A DNA stretch of 64,000 nucleotides from Somniosus microcephalus (Eukaryota). A program made the translations under genes and the position numbers. Shown here one piece after another: positions 49,096-61,187 of this stretch. The DNA lies in contig CM126209.1 of assembly GCA_052327205.1 (NCBI GenBank), forward strand, positions 31,434,001 through 31,498,000, read 5' to 3'. A model generated the notes under the pieces. It had not been told where the DNA came from, did no database searches, and saw nothing but the letters and a program-made list of their open reading frames with translations. The stretch's first letter is position 1, and every line of letters begins with the position of its first letter.

Positions 49096-49900
49096 GGGGT
49101 AGATTTTCCCGAACCTGTCGGGAAGAAGGCGGGACTTCCCCTTTCGGGTTTTTGACCCGCCTACTTCGACGTCCGGCCAATCCGCGCGATTTTAACTTGA
49201 TTGACCTTGTTGAGTCCGCCCAGCGGGCTCAGCAGGCCAATTAAGGGCCACCCGGCAACAGGTGATGTCACAGACTGAAATTTCAGAAATATCAGCGTTT
49301 CACAGCTGTTTGAAGCTGTGAAACACTGACAGACTGAGTTCTGACATGAGTCCTTCTGCATAGACTGTTAGAACTCCTACCAGCACTTAAAGCTGAAGGC
49401 TGTCACTTTTGACAGATCGCAGCCTTTCAGCTTTCAGTTCCGGCTGAGTGATGGGCTCCCGACGGCTACAGGAAGAAAGGCTGTTAAGGTAAGTACAGGT
49501 AAGTAAAAGTTCTTTACACACTTTAGACACACTTACCTTTGCACTCATGCACCCATCACTCACCTGAGCACCGACATCGCGACCCCTCCAACTCCTTCAA
49601 CCCGACGGCCCGCCTGCTCTAACCTGGCGTGGTTTGGAGCCATCGGGAAACCCACACGAAACCCCTCAAAATAGGGATTAGGCTAAAAACTGCCTGTTAA
49701 CCTGTTAACAGGCAGTTAATTGGCACTAATCCCTTCCCGCCTCGGGTCGGCGGGTCCCAGTGCGGGGCGGGTACCCGCCACCCCTGAAACTTACGTGGGG
49801 CGGGGTTTTGGGCGGGATGGTGTCGGGTCCCCCGAATTTGGGATTTCCCCGCCCCCCCCCGCCTGAAACCCCGCCTGACGGCTCCACGAAAATCTAGCCC
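49096..49900. mobile_element. Harbinger-type MITE with a 3-bp TSD
   Basis: TIR GGGGTAGATTTTC / GAAAATCTAGCCC, with ATG duplicated at 49093-49095 and 49901-49903. Confidence 0.82.
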
Positions 49901-52204
49901 ATGGTGTTCAGCAGTTCACTGCAAGCCTCCTGAGATCAGTGAGCATTGCAGGATGTAGTGTTGCTGTCAATCCTTCCTTTAAACTCCTGGCTTAAAGGGG
50001 CATTCTGTTCATAAAGCAATGCGTGACCGATCTATTTTTCATTTATGTACAGATGATGCAATAATATAATTCATATTGGAATGCATCATTTGCATCTAAT
50101 GTCATTACATTGAAAATGGTGTGAGGTTCTTCTGACTTAACTATCTTTGCATCTATGAAAAAATAAGATTTTTCAAACAGTGTTTCTTTGTGATAACACT
50201 GTCCTTTTAAATATATCAGTTTGAGGGCCAGCCTTCCATCCTCTAATGTCCTTTGGTGTTTCTCCTTACTAGGTGAACACCTGTTAAAACTCCCATCAGG
50301 AATACTGTTACAAACAGATCATCTTAAAAGTAGAAGCATCTCAGATTTCTCATTATCATTGTAGACGGCTTCAGTTATCTAGGCTCTGCAAGTATTTAGA
50401 TGGTCTGCACTGTGGATTGATTTAAAGGTTTTTAATATTGGAACTTAAATCAATTAATGTCTGTAAAATTGGTCTTCCAGATCATACTGTACTGTCCCCA
50501 AAGTTTTTTTTTTCCAAAAGTCTCCAACAATCTGGTTGACTGTTTCCGTACATCACCATCACTGTGAGTCTGTCTGGTGCCAGTCAGTTGACCTAATATA
50601 ATGTTTCATGTGTCAATGCACTTTGTTTTTCTTTGTTTTTTTGGAGGAGTTTAACAGTTTTTCCCCTAACTTCCTTCAATCCACTGATTTCCTTCATAAA
50701 ATATGACAGCAGTCTCTCTCCAGTCCGATTAATGTGGTTGGAAAAAGAGACTAGTGAAGTTTATAGAAAACACAAGCCATGTTTTATCTTGGCCCAAAAC
50801 TCTTTACTGAGTCTTTAGTACAGACTAAAACAATTCTATTTTAGATTCTAGCTGAGATTTTTGAAGCAGAATTATGGTAGGAAAAAGGTAGGTTTCTGCC
50901 ACCCCGCCATCCTCCAAATTCATGAACTGTTTCAAATGTGTTCTGTGACTTTAGAGCAAAAATTTTGTTTTTTTCCTTTTTTTTTCCCCATCACCATTAA
51001 CAAACCGTTTGCTCAATGGACACCTGGAGTTGTTAGTCACTGTTCTTTACACACCTGAGAATATTGTATTTGACTCATCCTGACACACATTGGCATCAAA
51101 CCTGTGCAGCAGCTAAAATACAGTAATTCAGCACGGTGAGAGCTGTTTTGGTGAGTCGATTGCAAATTCATCACAAATCACTTGGCCAATATTCTAACTG
51201 CACAGGCCACTAAATAGCATGTTGAGTTTTTTTTTGGTTGGCGGGTGGTGGGGTTATAAATTCCTGGTGATTTTTGCCCCTAACTTTGAAGCCCTGAAGA
51301 AATCAGGAAAACACAAGATGTTTCCAGGTATGTTTGTTTAGGTTTAGTGTATATTGGATCATAAAGGGCGTTTGTTCCTTAAATTAGGGTCACCGTGTGG
51401 GCAACTCTACCTCCCCATTTATGCTGGAAAATGGGTGGTAGGCAAACAAAAATGTTATAAACATAAGTATGCCCTTTGGCCGCCTGAGGCAAGCATGACT
51501 CAATTAATGGGTTGCCAGCGCTCTCAACTGGATCAGACAGAAGCCTTATTTAAATTGTGGTCCTACACCCATCATAGGACCTTGATCCAGTTTTCATGGA
51601 CTAATGGGTGGGCATGCCCGCACATGTCCTGTCCATTCGTCCCTGGCATTGAGCAGCCTAACCAGTGGTCCTTAAAGGGACCACTGCAGGTCACTCCAAG
51701 AATGGGCCAATTTTCTTTTCTACTTTTATTCTTGTGACGCCAGGAGGAAGACACCCACTCCTTCTGGCCCCACAAAAATACTCTGGCCTGCTGTCGGACT
51801 CTGTGTTTCTTGATTGCATGTCCTCCCTGACTAGCATGCTGCCTCAGAGAGCCGGTTTAGCACACCGCCCACTGGCTGCATACTAATGAGGCCCAACCTC
51901 CAAGATAGTTTGGGCCTCTCACTGGTGCAATCGCGATTTGGTGACTCGATCACAATGCCGGCCAGCTGGTTGATTAATGCACCAGACAAAAATTGCCCCC
52001 TGTATATCTATTCGGGGAGAAACAGTTATTAAAATCGCATGAACTAGTTCCTCTCTCAAATCTGGTCAAATAGTCCTCTCAAAGGATCTTCTCAATTGCG
52101 GCTAAGCCATCAAGATGATTGTGGGCTTCACCCCTCTACAAAGCCCGCATCCCTGTCAATATATATTATTACAATCCTCTGAAGCTGTATTTTGTGACTA
52201 CCAG

Positions 52205-52293
52205 GAACAGACAGGAGGAGAGGGACTGAGCGAGAAGAAGAGGATGAGGAAAAACTCAGACGTAGACAACTCCAGGAGGAGCAACTCAGCAAA
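52205..52293 (+). CDS. ABLIM1: ABLIM1-like exon (GTDRRRGTEREEEDEEKLRRRQLQEEQLSK)
   Basis: TACCAG acceptor, GTATGA donor, 89 nt, phase 1 to 0. Acidic/coiled-coil segment with LRRRQLQEEQL. Confidence 0.9.
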
Positions 52294-52774
52294 GTATGAC
52301 CGACTCGTGATATCTAGAGCTGTTAGAATGTGCTATTAAAAGAATGGTATTTTTATCTCCTAAATTTACCATTCATAACATTGACGAGGTTAAAGAAACA
52401 AGCAAATCTATAACAGTCACTCTACTGTTTCGTGACTGGTGCAGTATCAATAATTAGTGTGTGTATGTGTGTGTTTGTTTTGTGTGTCTTGTCCATTGGT
52501 ATTAGGCTGTTGTAAAGAGGAGGTTGGGGCAATTCTGTCTTGACTTTCAGCCTACCTTCAATTTGTCAGATAGTGCATATTAAACCTATTATTTCTGTTC
52601 AAGAACACCTTTCAGATTTGTATGTATTATTTTTGAATTGTTTGGTTTATCTATTTAGTTTTCTTTAAACAATCTGCTGTTAGTAGCATTTCTCCCTTCC
52701 TGTGGTTCAATTTAATATTTTTTGCATCATCTCGGTGATGTCGTCAATGTACCTTTAATGAAAATTTACTAGTA

Positions 52775-53098
52775 AACCTCAGGATGTCCCAAAGCACTTT
52801 TCCAGCCCCATCTGCCCTCTCAGGTGGACGTAAACGATCCCATGGCACTGTTCAAAGAAGAGCTGGGGAGTTTTCCAGGTGTACCTGGTCAACACTGATC
52901 CCTCAACCAACACCTAAAACAGATGATCTGGTTATTTATTTCATTACTGTTTGTGGGAGCTTGCTGTGCACAAATTGGCTGCCACGTTTCCTACATTACA
53001 ACAGTTACTACACCTCAAAAGTACTTCTTTGGCTGTAAAGCGCTTTGGGATGTCCTGAGGTTGTGAAAGATGCTATATAAATGCAAGTCTTTCTTTTT
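52775..53098 (+). mobile_element. 5'-truncated SINE (family of 25251-25688) with an inverted tail piece at its 5' end
   Basis: The body matches 25400-25680; 52775-52807 is the reverse complement of about 53031-53062. Confidence 0.8.
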
Positions 53099-53150
53099 CT
53101 CCCCCCCCCTTTCGTTTAAGGATTCCGCAGCACAATTAAGAATCTAATAA

Positions 53151-53287
53151 AATAGCAAAATACTGTGGATGCTGGAAATCTGAAATAACAACAGAAAATG
53201 CTGGAAATACTCAGCAGGCCAGGCAGCATCCGTGGAGAGAGAAACAGGGTTAGCCTGCTGAGTATGTCCAACATTTTCTGTTGTTAT
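53151..53287. mobile_element. Short inverted-repeat Penelope-terminus insertion with a 15-bp TSD
   Basis: The left arm matches 5804-5892 and the right arm is its inversion. TTAAGAATCTAATAA occurs at 53136-53150 and 53288-53302. Confidence 0.85.
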
Positions 53288-53635
53288 TTAAGAATCTAAT
53301 AAGACAGGCCACTTTACACAGAATGCTACCAATCAAAGTTGCGAATGTTCTCCTTCAGTATTGCTTGGGTTAATGGAAAGGAAATGATTCTTAATCAAAA
53401 TAGAGTTGTTTGTCTTGTATTCTTGCCCACAACATACCACTGCTCATGTTTGTACTCTGCTTGGCTGAAACAGTTCAAAGTAAATTATGTTGAAAAAGGG
53501 ACATTGTCCACAGGGAAAATCGAGCAATGTTTAGCCAAACTCAGCGCAATAACTCCTACTTACTGAAGCTGCATTAGTTGCTATTCAGAAATATTGGTTT
53601 ATTTATTTCTGTAATTATCTATTGTAATTGAACAG

Positions 53636-53765
53636 ATCCAGTCAGGCCTTGGGAAGCTGATCCTGAAGGAAGAGCTGGAAAAGGAGAAGCAAGCCCGCTT
53701 GGCCTCTCACACTCTCTCCGCAAACCCTCAATTCAGACATCGTTATGATTCAGCAGGGAATGCAT
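53636..53765 (+). CDS. ABLIM1: ABLIM1-like exon (IQSGLGKLILKEELEKEKQARLASHTLSANPQFRHRYDSAGNA)
   Basis: GAACAG acceptor, GTAAGA donor, 130 nt, phase 0 to 1. Carries the SGLGxLILKEE motif. Confidence 0.92.
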
Positions 53766-54062
53766 GTAAGAATCGAAATCTTTCATTAAACGTGTGAGAT
53801 GAATGGCTTCTTTATCAATTCTTAATTCTTTGGCATGGGCCTCTGTACAGCTGGACTGTTTCTGTGTTGCCTTCTGCCGAGCTTCACTACATTACAAGGT
53901 TGCCTTTTTATATACAGTACTTCATATTGTGATGTTTTATGTAGTTCCAAGCAGTTTGGTCTGATAATCAATATATGTAGTGGAATATTTTTAATTAGAT
54001 ATAATTCAATGCATCAGAAGTATGTGGATTGTTGGGATCTTTTGAATAGTTGCATAGACATT

Positions 54063-54822
54063 GGCCCAGAAATTCGGGTCTCCACGGGTGAGTACGCATG
54101 GGGTACTCACCCGTAAGCCCAATGGAAGTGCCGGTTTCGTGCATGCACTGCGAATGCGTGGAAAACTGGCACTTCCATTCCCCTGAAAGAAGGGGTTCAG
54201 AAGTCAAACGCGTGCGCAGGAGAGGCTGCGTGTGCGCATCGAACTTACGTTTTTTTTGCAGGTTTTCCCGGGAAGGTAAGTCTCCAGAAGTTAGACATTT
54301 AAAAAGCAGTCGCAAGGCCTGCTTTTTACAAGGTAAGTGGTGAATTAATTAAAATTAAAACATTTTTTCCACAGGTTTATTATTTTTAAATACTTTAAAG
54401 AAAGGTAAGTTTATTTTTAGCCCCGTTAGAAAATTAAAAAAAAAATTTCAAAAATTTAAATTATTGTTTAAAATAGGTATTTCATGTAATTTATAGTTTA
54501 TTTTAAAAATGTGATTTAAAAAAATTATTTGAAGATTTAGTGATTTTTGGGGCTTATAGTATTTATAGGTTTGACAGGTCTTCCTGTCAAACTTATGAAT
54601 GAAGCATTCCCTGCTACCATTGGCTCTCCATGGCCCACGTTATCCCAGGGGACGCATTGAACTAACTGCGTCCCTGGGATACGCAAGCACTGCGCACCGG
54701 CAGTTGGAGGAGGCCCAGGATCGCAATTCCACGGGGGCCAACAGCTCAACGGCCGGCGCGGTAGGTAAGTGCAAGTCGGGGGCTTGCAACCGCGGGAAGC
54801 TCCCGACCCGAATTTCTGGGCC
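54063..54822. mobile_element. Young MITE with perfect 18-bp TIRs
   Basis: GGCCCAGAAATTCGGGTC / GACCCGAATTTCTGGGCC, with CpG-rich arms and an AT-rich centre. Confidence 0.9.
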
Positions 54823-56334
54823 GATATTAGAAGTTGATTTAGAGGTTGTAGCAGCCAGTAACAGGATTTCCCAAAATTAAAAATGTCCATTGATAATCAG
54901 TGAGTCACTGCTGAATAATGTTAGCTCCATGTTAGAAAACAAACTCCAGTGGTGGATGGGCTTTGTGCTGTTTTCAGTGAGATGATGATCTATCCCAGTC
55001 TGTCAGGAGGAGACATCAAGGTGAAGACTAGCCACATTGCACAGCAAGACACTGAGGCAGGAGGAGAATCACCCCAAGCCACCCTCTGGAACATTAGCAT
55101 TGACAGGAACTTTGGGCCTGTCCACCCTTTTGACAATAGACTAGAAGGTGCGAAAGGGCCTGAAAAAATAGAAAAGGAGACAGTTGCTCTATCCTGCACT
55201 TAGCCATGACATGGCAACTTATTCTTTGTGTCTGCTAATGTTCAGTGCATAAATTAAAGCTTCCCTAAGGCTTTGTGGACTAGGTTGAGAGTATCTATCG
55301 TAGCAGCAGTCATCACATTTACCATTAATTTCCCAAACACTAATCTTCTTGAACGCTTTCACGTTGCATTTTTGAAGATCACTGATAATTAAGAGTTTAC
55401 TGAGACTGCTGTTGTCATGGGTGATCCCCATGTGACTCCGTGAGATCTGGTAAAAGGCTTTTATGAAGCATTACAACCCCGCTGAAGGAAATCCAAAGTG
55501 TTAAGCCTCTAATTCTAATGAAAAGCCTTTGATTAATGAAACAGGCACTCGGAGTGCTCCAGGGTGTGTTTTCTCTGTTCACAGTTTAATATAATGCAAT
55601 CACTGAGCGCTTTAGTTTATTGCTTTAAGCCTGTAATCCCTGAATCTAAATACAATGAAAATTATGCCCGCGCTAAAGGAATGGGGTGCTGCTGACTTCA
55701 TTTTTACTCGCCAAAAGGCAATTGTAATTTTTTATATATAACAATACAAATCATAACATGGCAGCCCTAACTTCAATTCTGCCTTTAGATTATATGTACT
55801 GTACTCTAAATACAGTAGCAGCATGGGGAAAAGACATTGTGATCAATACGGAACAGAATTCTTTAATACCTAAGTTTCATGCTTCAGCCTAATCTTCAAA
55901 AGATTTCCGTTGAATTTCTATCCACCCTCCAAAATAGTTTACTGTTAACGCGGGAACTAAGCAGAAATCTTTCAGAGTTGGAACATTGGAGCCCAGGAAT
56001 AGAATCTACTGTTAAGGTAATCAATAAATCTATGAGATCATTTACCTTTTGAAGTAAGGAATTTTAATACCGAAACCAGCTCAGTAAAAATGTTTTAGAG
56101 GGCATCTTCATTTGTTCTTTTGTTGGAGTCGGTATTGTTTTGGTGATGTTTGCTCCTCTAGGATTCCATGACCGCTTCTGCAGCAATTTGGTTTGTTTTG
56201 GTTGTACAGAGTCCCGTGTTTAACTGGCCAACCATGTTTTTATTATCGGAAATCAACAGCGATTACACTGAAAAGGTTATTTGGACAATTTTCCTGTCCT
56301 CCAGTCGCCTCAGTATTAGCCAGGTGGTGCATTA

Positions 56335-56510
56335 GAAAAACATAGAAACATAGAAACATAGGAGCAGGAGTAGGCCATTCGGCCCTTCGAGCCTGCTCCG
56401 CCAGTCAATATGATCATGGCTGATCCTCCATCTCAATACCATATTCCCGCTCTCTCCCCATACCCCTTGATGCCCTTTGTGTCTAGATTGATGCCTTTTG
56501 TGTCTAGATT
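56335..56510 (-). mobile_element. CR1 3' UTR fragment with a short local duplication
   Basis: (ATAGAAAC)n tail and CR1 3' stem-loop; ttgatgcc(c/t)tttgtgtctagatt is repeated at the truncation point. Confidence 0.85.
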
Positions 56511-57166
56511 GTGTCATTGATTTGCAGGCACCTAACCTGACCTCCAGTGAACCCGGCTGTTTTTCCAGGTTCAGCTAAGTTGAATGTAGTGGGCAGGTGC
56601 CGGGTAGGACTACTGCCCTTGGATTGGGTGCTTGCTTCAAAGTGGGGCGGAAAATTGTGTGCTGGTCCAGGCCAAGCCCAGGTGCTGACTGATTCTGACA
56701 GCAGCAAAATCATCTCCATCCACACAATACACATTACTGTGCCAAATAATTTATAAAAGTAACACTTACCTTAGCTAAATGGAAGTTTCGGGATGACACT
56801 TTACAGATCTTTCAATCTGAAGGCAAAGCCCCATAACTCCAACTAACTAATGCTATTATGATTCCTACATAAAACTGTGGGGAATAAGCTTCAAATAGAC
56901 TTGACTATAGATACAAAGCATTCGCTTCTCAGAGACAATTCATCCTCAGTTTCTGTGTGCATCCATATATCATACAAAGCACCACATTACTGCTATTACT
57001 GTCATTTAAAATATATCCATTATTAATTGTCCATTTCCTTCACTTGGAAATTGGAATGCTGCTCTAGAGTTAGTAATGTGGAGTATTAGCTTAAATGTAT
57101 TGTTTTTGTTACCTCCCCGTTGACCTTTTGAGGTTCTAATGTAGATTTTACTTTTCTCCCCTTCAG

Positions 57167-57231
57167 CCCTGCATGCCTCTGCCTCCAAAACTTCCTCCCT
57201 CCCTGGTTACGGAAGAAATGGGCTACACAGG
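57167..57231 (+). CDS. ABLIM1: ABLIM1-like exon (SLHASASKTSSLPGYGRNGLHR)
   Basis: CTTCAG acceptor, GTAAGA donor, 65 nt, phase 1 to 0. Carries the SLPGYGRNGLHR motif. Confidence 0.93.
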
Positions 57232-57771
57232 GTAAGACAAGACCAGCATGCACCAAACTCTGTGTAAATGGCAAGGCAGCAATGGTATCAGCTGGCATTC
57301 CTTGTTTCTGACTAAACCGCTTCCTTCACCTACCCTTTACCTTTCAAATTGTAACCCCTAACTCTGGAGTTTCATATGTATCAGCTTGGAATAATTGGCA
57401 TCAAGTTGGCCGAAGCAAGTCTTAAATTTGCAACTGCATGGCTGCTAAAGGACGGATTGTTTCGTCAAGTTTTAGAAAAATTAAGTTGGCAGTGTTTTGT
57501 GCACGAAACAAAGTTATTAGAGTGTTGAAAAAAGATCACTGTGATATCACAGCTACGCCTAATGTAAAAGACATTGTGCCTTTTCTGTATTGGGCCAATA
57601 CATGTTATAGAGTGAGCTACTCAATTTGTAGAATTTGGGCTGACGAGAATGCTATAATTCTGAAGCTTATGCATTTGAGCCTATGCCTTGCTTTTGATAA
57701 AAGTCTTGGGTAATGAGAAGTCATCTTTTATTCTAATTTATTGCTAAGAAATCAGAAGAAGGAGGAATTAG

Positions 57772-57960
57772 TGGTGCAATTAGTTAGCACACTGCCCGGT
57801 CACCTCTGGGACCTGTGTTTGAATGCAGTACAGACCAAGAGGATGGGAACCCTCTCGCTGCAAGGCTGCTGCGGGAAATGCGTTGGCACAGTCAAACTGT
57901 CCCTAATTTGGTATTAATTGGTAGTCTCACTCGGAGAGCCCACAATGATGGTTGAATTAA
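57772..57960 (+). mobile_element. Ancient tRNA-derived SINE remnant (LF-SINE-like by recall)
   Basis: TGGTGCAATTAGTTAGCAC...TCACCTCTGGGACCTGTGTTTGAAT resembles a decayed A/B-box head. Confidence 0.4.
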
Positions 57961-59200
57961 GAAGCGGAAATAATTGCCCGGTGCGCTCAGGAGGGTCTTC
58001 TGGGTTTTGGGTTACAGCAGATTTTTGGGGGGAAAAGTAGAGGCAGCTTTACTTTGCAGCTGCCTGTGCTGCACCTGATACTAGGAATGTTTGATACTGG
58101 GGAAGCACGCCGGGAATGTAAAGCTTTTTTTTGTCTCGAGTGCTAGCATTCCTCGCTTTTTATGAGCACAAAAATTCACCAAAATTGTAAGAAAAACAAA
58201 AGTCGTCCTAAGTTGAGTTCTTGAAATAAGTGCATCCAAACGACCAGTTCGGGGTTGGCCCTGCCCCCTTATAGCCACTAGGTTCACACCACTGTCTGCT
58301 TTTTATCTGCCACTTGAAACTGAAGCCTATCTTCAGTAGAACAGTACTCCAGTCACGGCTTTATACATTTACAATAAAATCCCACTTGTCCCTCGGGTCA
58401 ATGCATTACTGCAATTTGCCACAGTTGGTAAAATATTGTCACAGTGCATAAAGAAAATAAAGAAATCAAATATTAAACTGGCTCTTAAACACCAATGTGT
58501 TGTTATCCTCAAATGGCATGGTCCTTAACAACGTACCAACACATGGCAATCTTGGTGCCATGGAGCAGTGGGAAACTAGTTTGATACACCACTGCTAAAT
58601 TTTCAGTTTCAGCAAGAAAGGCGCTGCGGGTAAGGGAAGTTTATGTCCTGTCTCCAACAAGCTGCAGTTGTCTTGTCTCCTGGTGACTGACTAAAAGCGG
58701 CATAGCCAGGGGCTTGTGAACGACCCTGTCCTCAGTGTCGCAAGGACGCACAGGTGTATCACTCCTATTTCCAGATAGTCAAGGAATAGCAATTGTTTAT
58801 AGTACATTAAAAGTGGACAGAGAATAGCCCTCCTTTGCAAGCAAAGAGCTTCAGTGTTGAAGGGAATTGAGCAAGAGAGAACTGCTTTGCTTCTGAAGGA
58901 AAGTAATGAGTTCGAGGGATGAACAGATGAATTTGATGGGATGCTTCACAATCAAACGTTAATTATTTAACTGACCCCGTGAAATAAATTACATATAATA
59001 AGAAAACCCATGATATGAGCACGTTCACGTGACTTGTGTCAGAATGAGTAAACCTCAAGACTATGAATATATAATTAAAGGATTACTGAAAAGATTGTCG
59101 TTAATGTATTGACATCACATCACGCATGAACAATAATTGCAGTGCCTTATTCTTGGGTAGAGTGTAAAATGCTTTGTACAGTTATTGTAAATGAAGAGTA

Positions 59201-59386
59201 GCCTTGATATTAACCTAATGTGCCCAGCGAGAATGGGGTAGCTCCGGGTCGGATGCCCTATTTACACCCTGCCAGATTTTCAGCTTTTTTGCAGTCACTG
59301 GCGCGTAAAATTGGACAAGGTTTAAATTGGGCATCTGGCCAAACCCGCCTCTATTGTGGCCGAGCACGTTAGGTTAAAATTGGGCC
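59201..59386. mobile_element. Palindromic MITE
   Basis: TIR GCCTTGATATTAACCTAA / TTAGGTTAAAATTGGGCC, with further inverted arms (GATGCCCTATTTACACC / GGTTTAAATTGGGCATC). Confidence 0.7.
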
Positions 59387-59544
59387 TTTAAACATTTGGA
59401 AATTTTAAAACCTAGACTAAGAATAAAAATATTAGATGCGTTTCAATTTTGAATTCAAGTAAATTAGAGCTAATTGAGGACTTCTACCTTTGACAATAGC
59501 CTGAAATATTTCTATATGAATGGGAATTTTTTTTTAAATTCGAC

Positions 59545-61187
59545 GGGGGGAATTTTCCGGGGGGTCAGCGGGCGCAATCGGTGGCGGGCCAGGTGGGAAA
59601 GTGTTTATTTTTTTGACCAGGTCTGGACCCTGCTATCTACCTGCCGCCACGCACCTTTCCCAAATGTCGGGTCTGCCAGCGCTGAGCAGACCCGACAGGC
59701 AGCGGCGGGAGAGGCAATTGAAATCATTAGTGGCTTGTTTACAGCCACTTAACAATGCTTTTTTCTCAGCTTTTTGATTTTGACAGGTCGCCCACCGCTT
59801 TCCCGCTGTGCCTAGACCTCATCAGTGAAGCTGAGGCGGGAGGTCACTATCCATTGTTTCAGCTGATGAGTTGACAGCTTCAAATACCAACTCAAAGCTC
59901 CCAGCTGATTCAGATATCTTCCCTTAGCCACTAGCTTCTCTAAACTGCATTTTCACTACAGATTCAGAATGCTGCAAGTCTTTACACAAGTCTCCATCCA
60001 GTCTGATCTCATTACCTCTCCCACCATTGACAGATCACTTCTGTCATCTCTACTTCACCTGCCATCTATTCCATCAGCATCGGTGCCCATTATACTCTCT
60101 CACCTTAGTCCTCAGAATCCCGCCACAATCAGCCTGAACACCAGCATCACCAGGCACACCAGCAGCACCAACAACAACACCAACCTTCTCCGCAATCAAC
60201 TGATGCTGCACAGGACAGAGTGCATCAGCACCCGACCACATTGCTGCCTGGGAGGCCAGGGATGGCCTCAACATGGCTAGATTTACTTCACTTGATGCTG
60301 TACACCCTGGCTGCCACATGATGCGCCAGGTTGGCACCACCCCACACCAACACCATAAAGCATCCCTACAATACCCAAGCCATTCCTTTCACACTCATCA
60401 CCATTGCGAGGGTACCGTTACGCCTCACCATTCACTGCAACTCACTAAGCCACTTCCAAATCTGTCCGAGAATGCAAAATGTTGAAAATAAAGATTTCAA
60501 TGTTTGACAGCACATTAACAGAAACTTCACATGAACATTGGCTAAAACACCCAAGTGCCTACCCTTGTGTGTTGTTAGTTGGTATGATTGTACTAGGATG
60601 AGGGTGAGCGTGAGGGGTGGTTGTGAGATGGAGAAGTGATAATGTAGATAGAGAGGGATGGGTGGAGGTACAAGGTAAGTTGGTGTGAGTAAGGATGTGC
60701 AGGAGTAGTGTAGGGAAGGCAGAGTGATGGGGGTGTGATGAGTGGCACAGCAGGATGAGGCTGAGTGTGGCTTTGCAGTAACGTTTTGTGATCTACTGAG
60801 ATCATCGAAAGGTTTGCGCCACTGCAGCCTGGTCCTCCTGCTTGTGCCTTCCTCTGCAATGTGCATAAGCATATGGAGGGAGTCATGGGAGAGCCTGGGT
60901 GCAGTGCTTGTCAGTGTTTGCAGCACTTCAATGCTGTAAAACACTGACAGCACAAATGTCAAAAGAAAGCTGGCCATGGTCCCTTTAAGGAAACCGGCTG
61001 ATGACGCGTCATCAAATGACGTCATCAGACCCGCTTCCTTCAATTGGCCAGGAAATGCGCTGGGCGGACTTAACAAGCCCAATCAGTGGAACATCGTTCT
61101 ACACAGCGAGCTGGAGCCAGCAGCGAGGCCGGGACCCGCCACTGACGTCACCTGCCACGGACCCGCCGAGGTTGGTAAAATCAGCTC
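59545..61187. mobile_element. Harbinger internal-deletion derivative
   Basis: Ends GGGGGGAATTTT and TAAAATCAGCTC. The + strand carries a His/Gln-rich transposase N-terminal remnant (about 60080-60230) joined to a C-terminal-like remnant. The - strand carries a Myb remnant APRLSHDSL..IAEEGTSR.TRLQWRKPFDDL. Confidence 0.75.

Noticed and set aside
56162-56190. Candidate extra exon after a CTCTAG acceptor
   Set aside because: Joining it to the phase-1 T of the previous exon creates TGA at once, the donor is weak, and there is no family homology.
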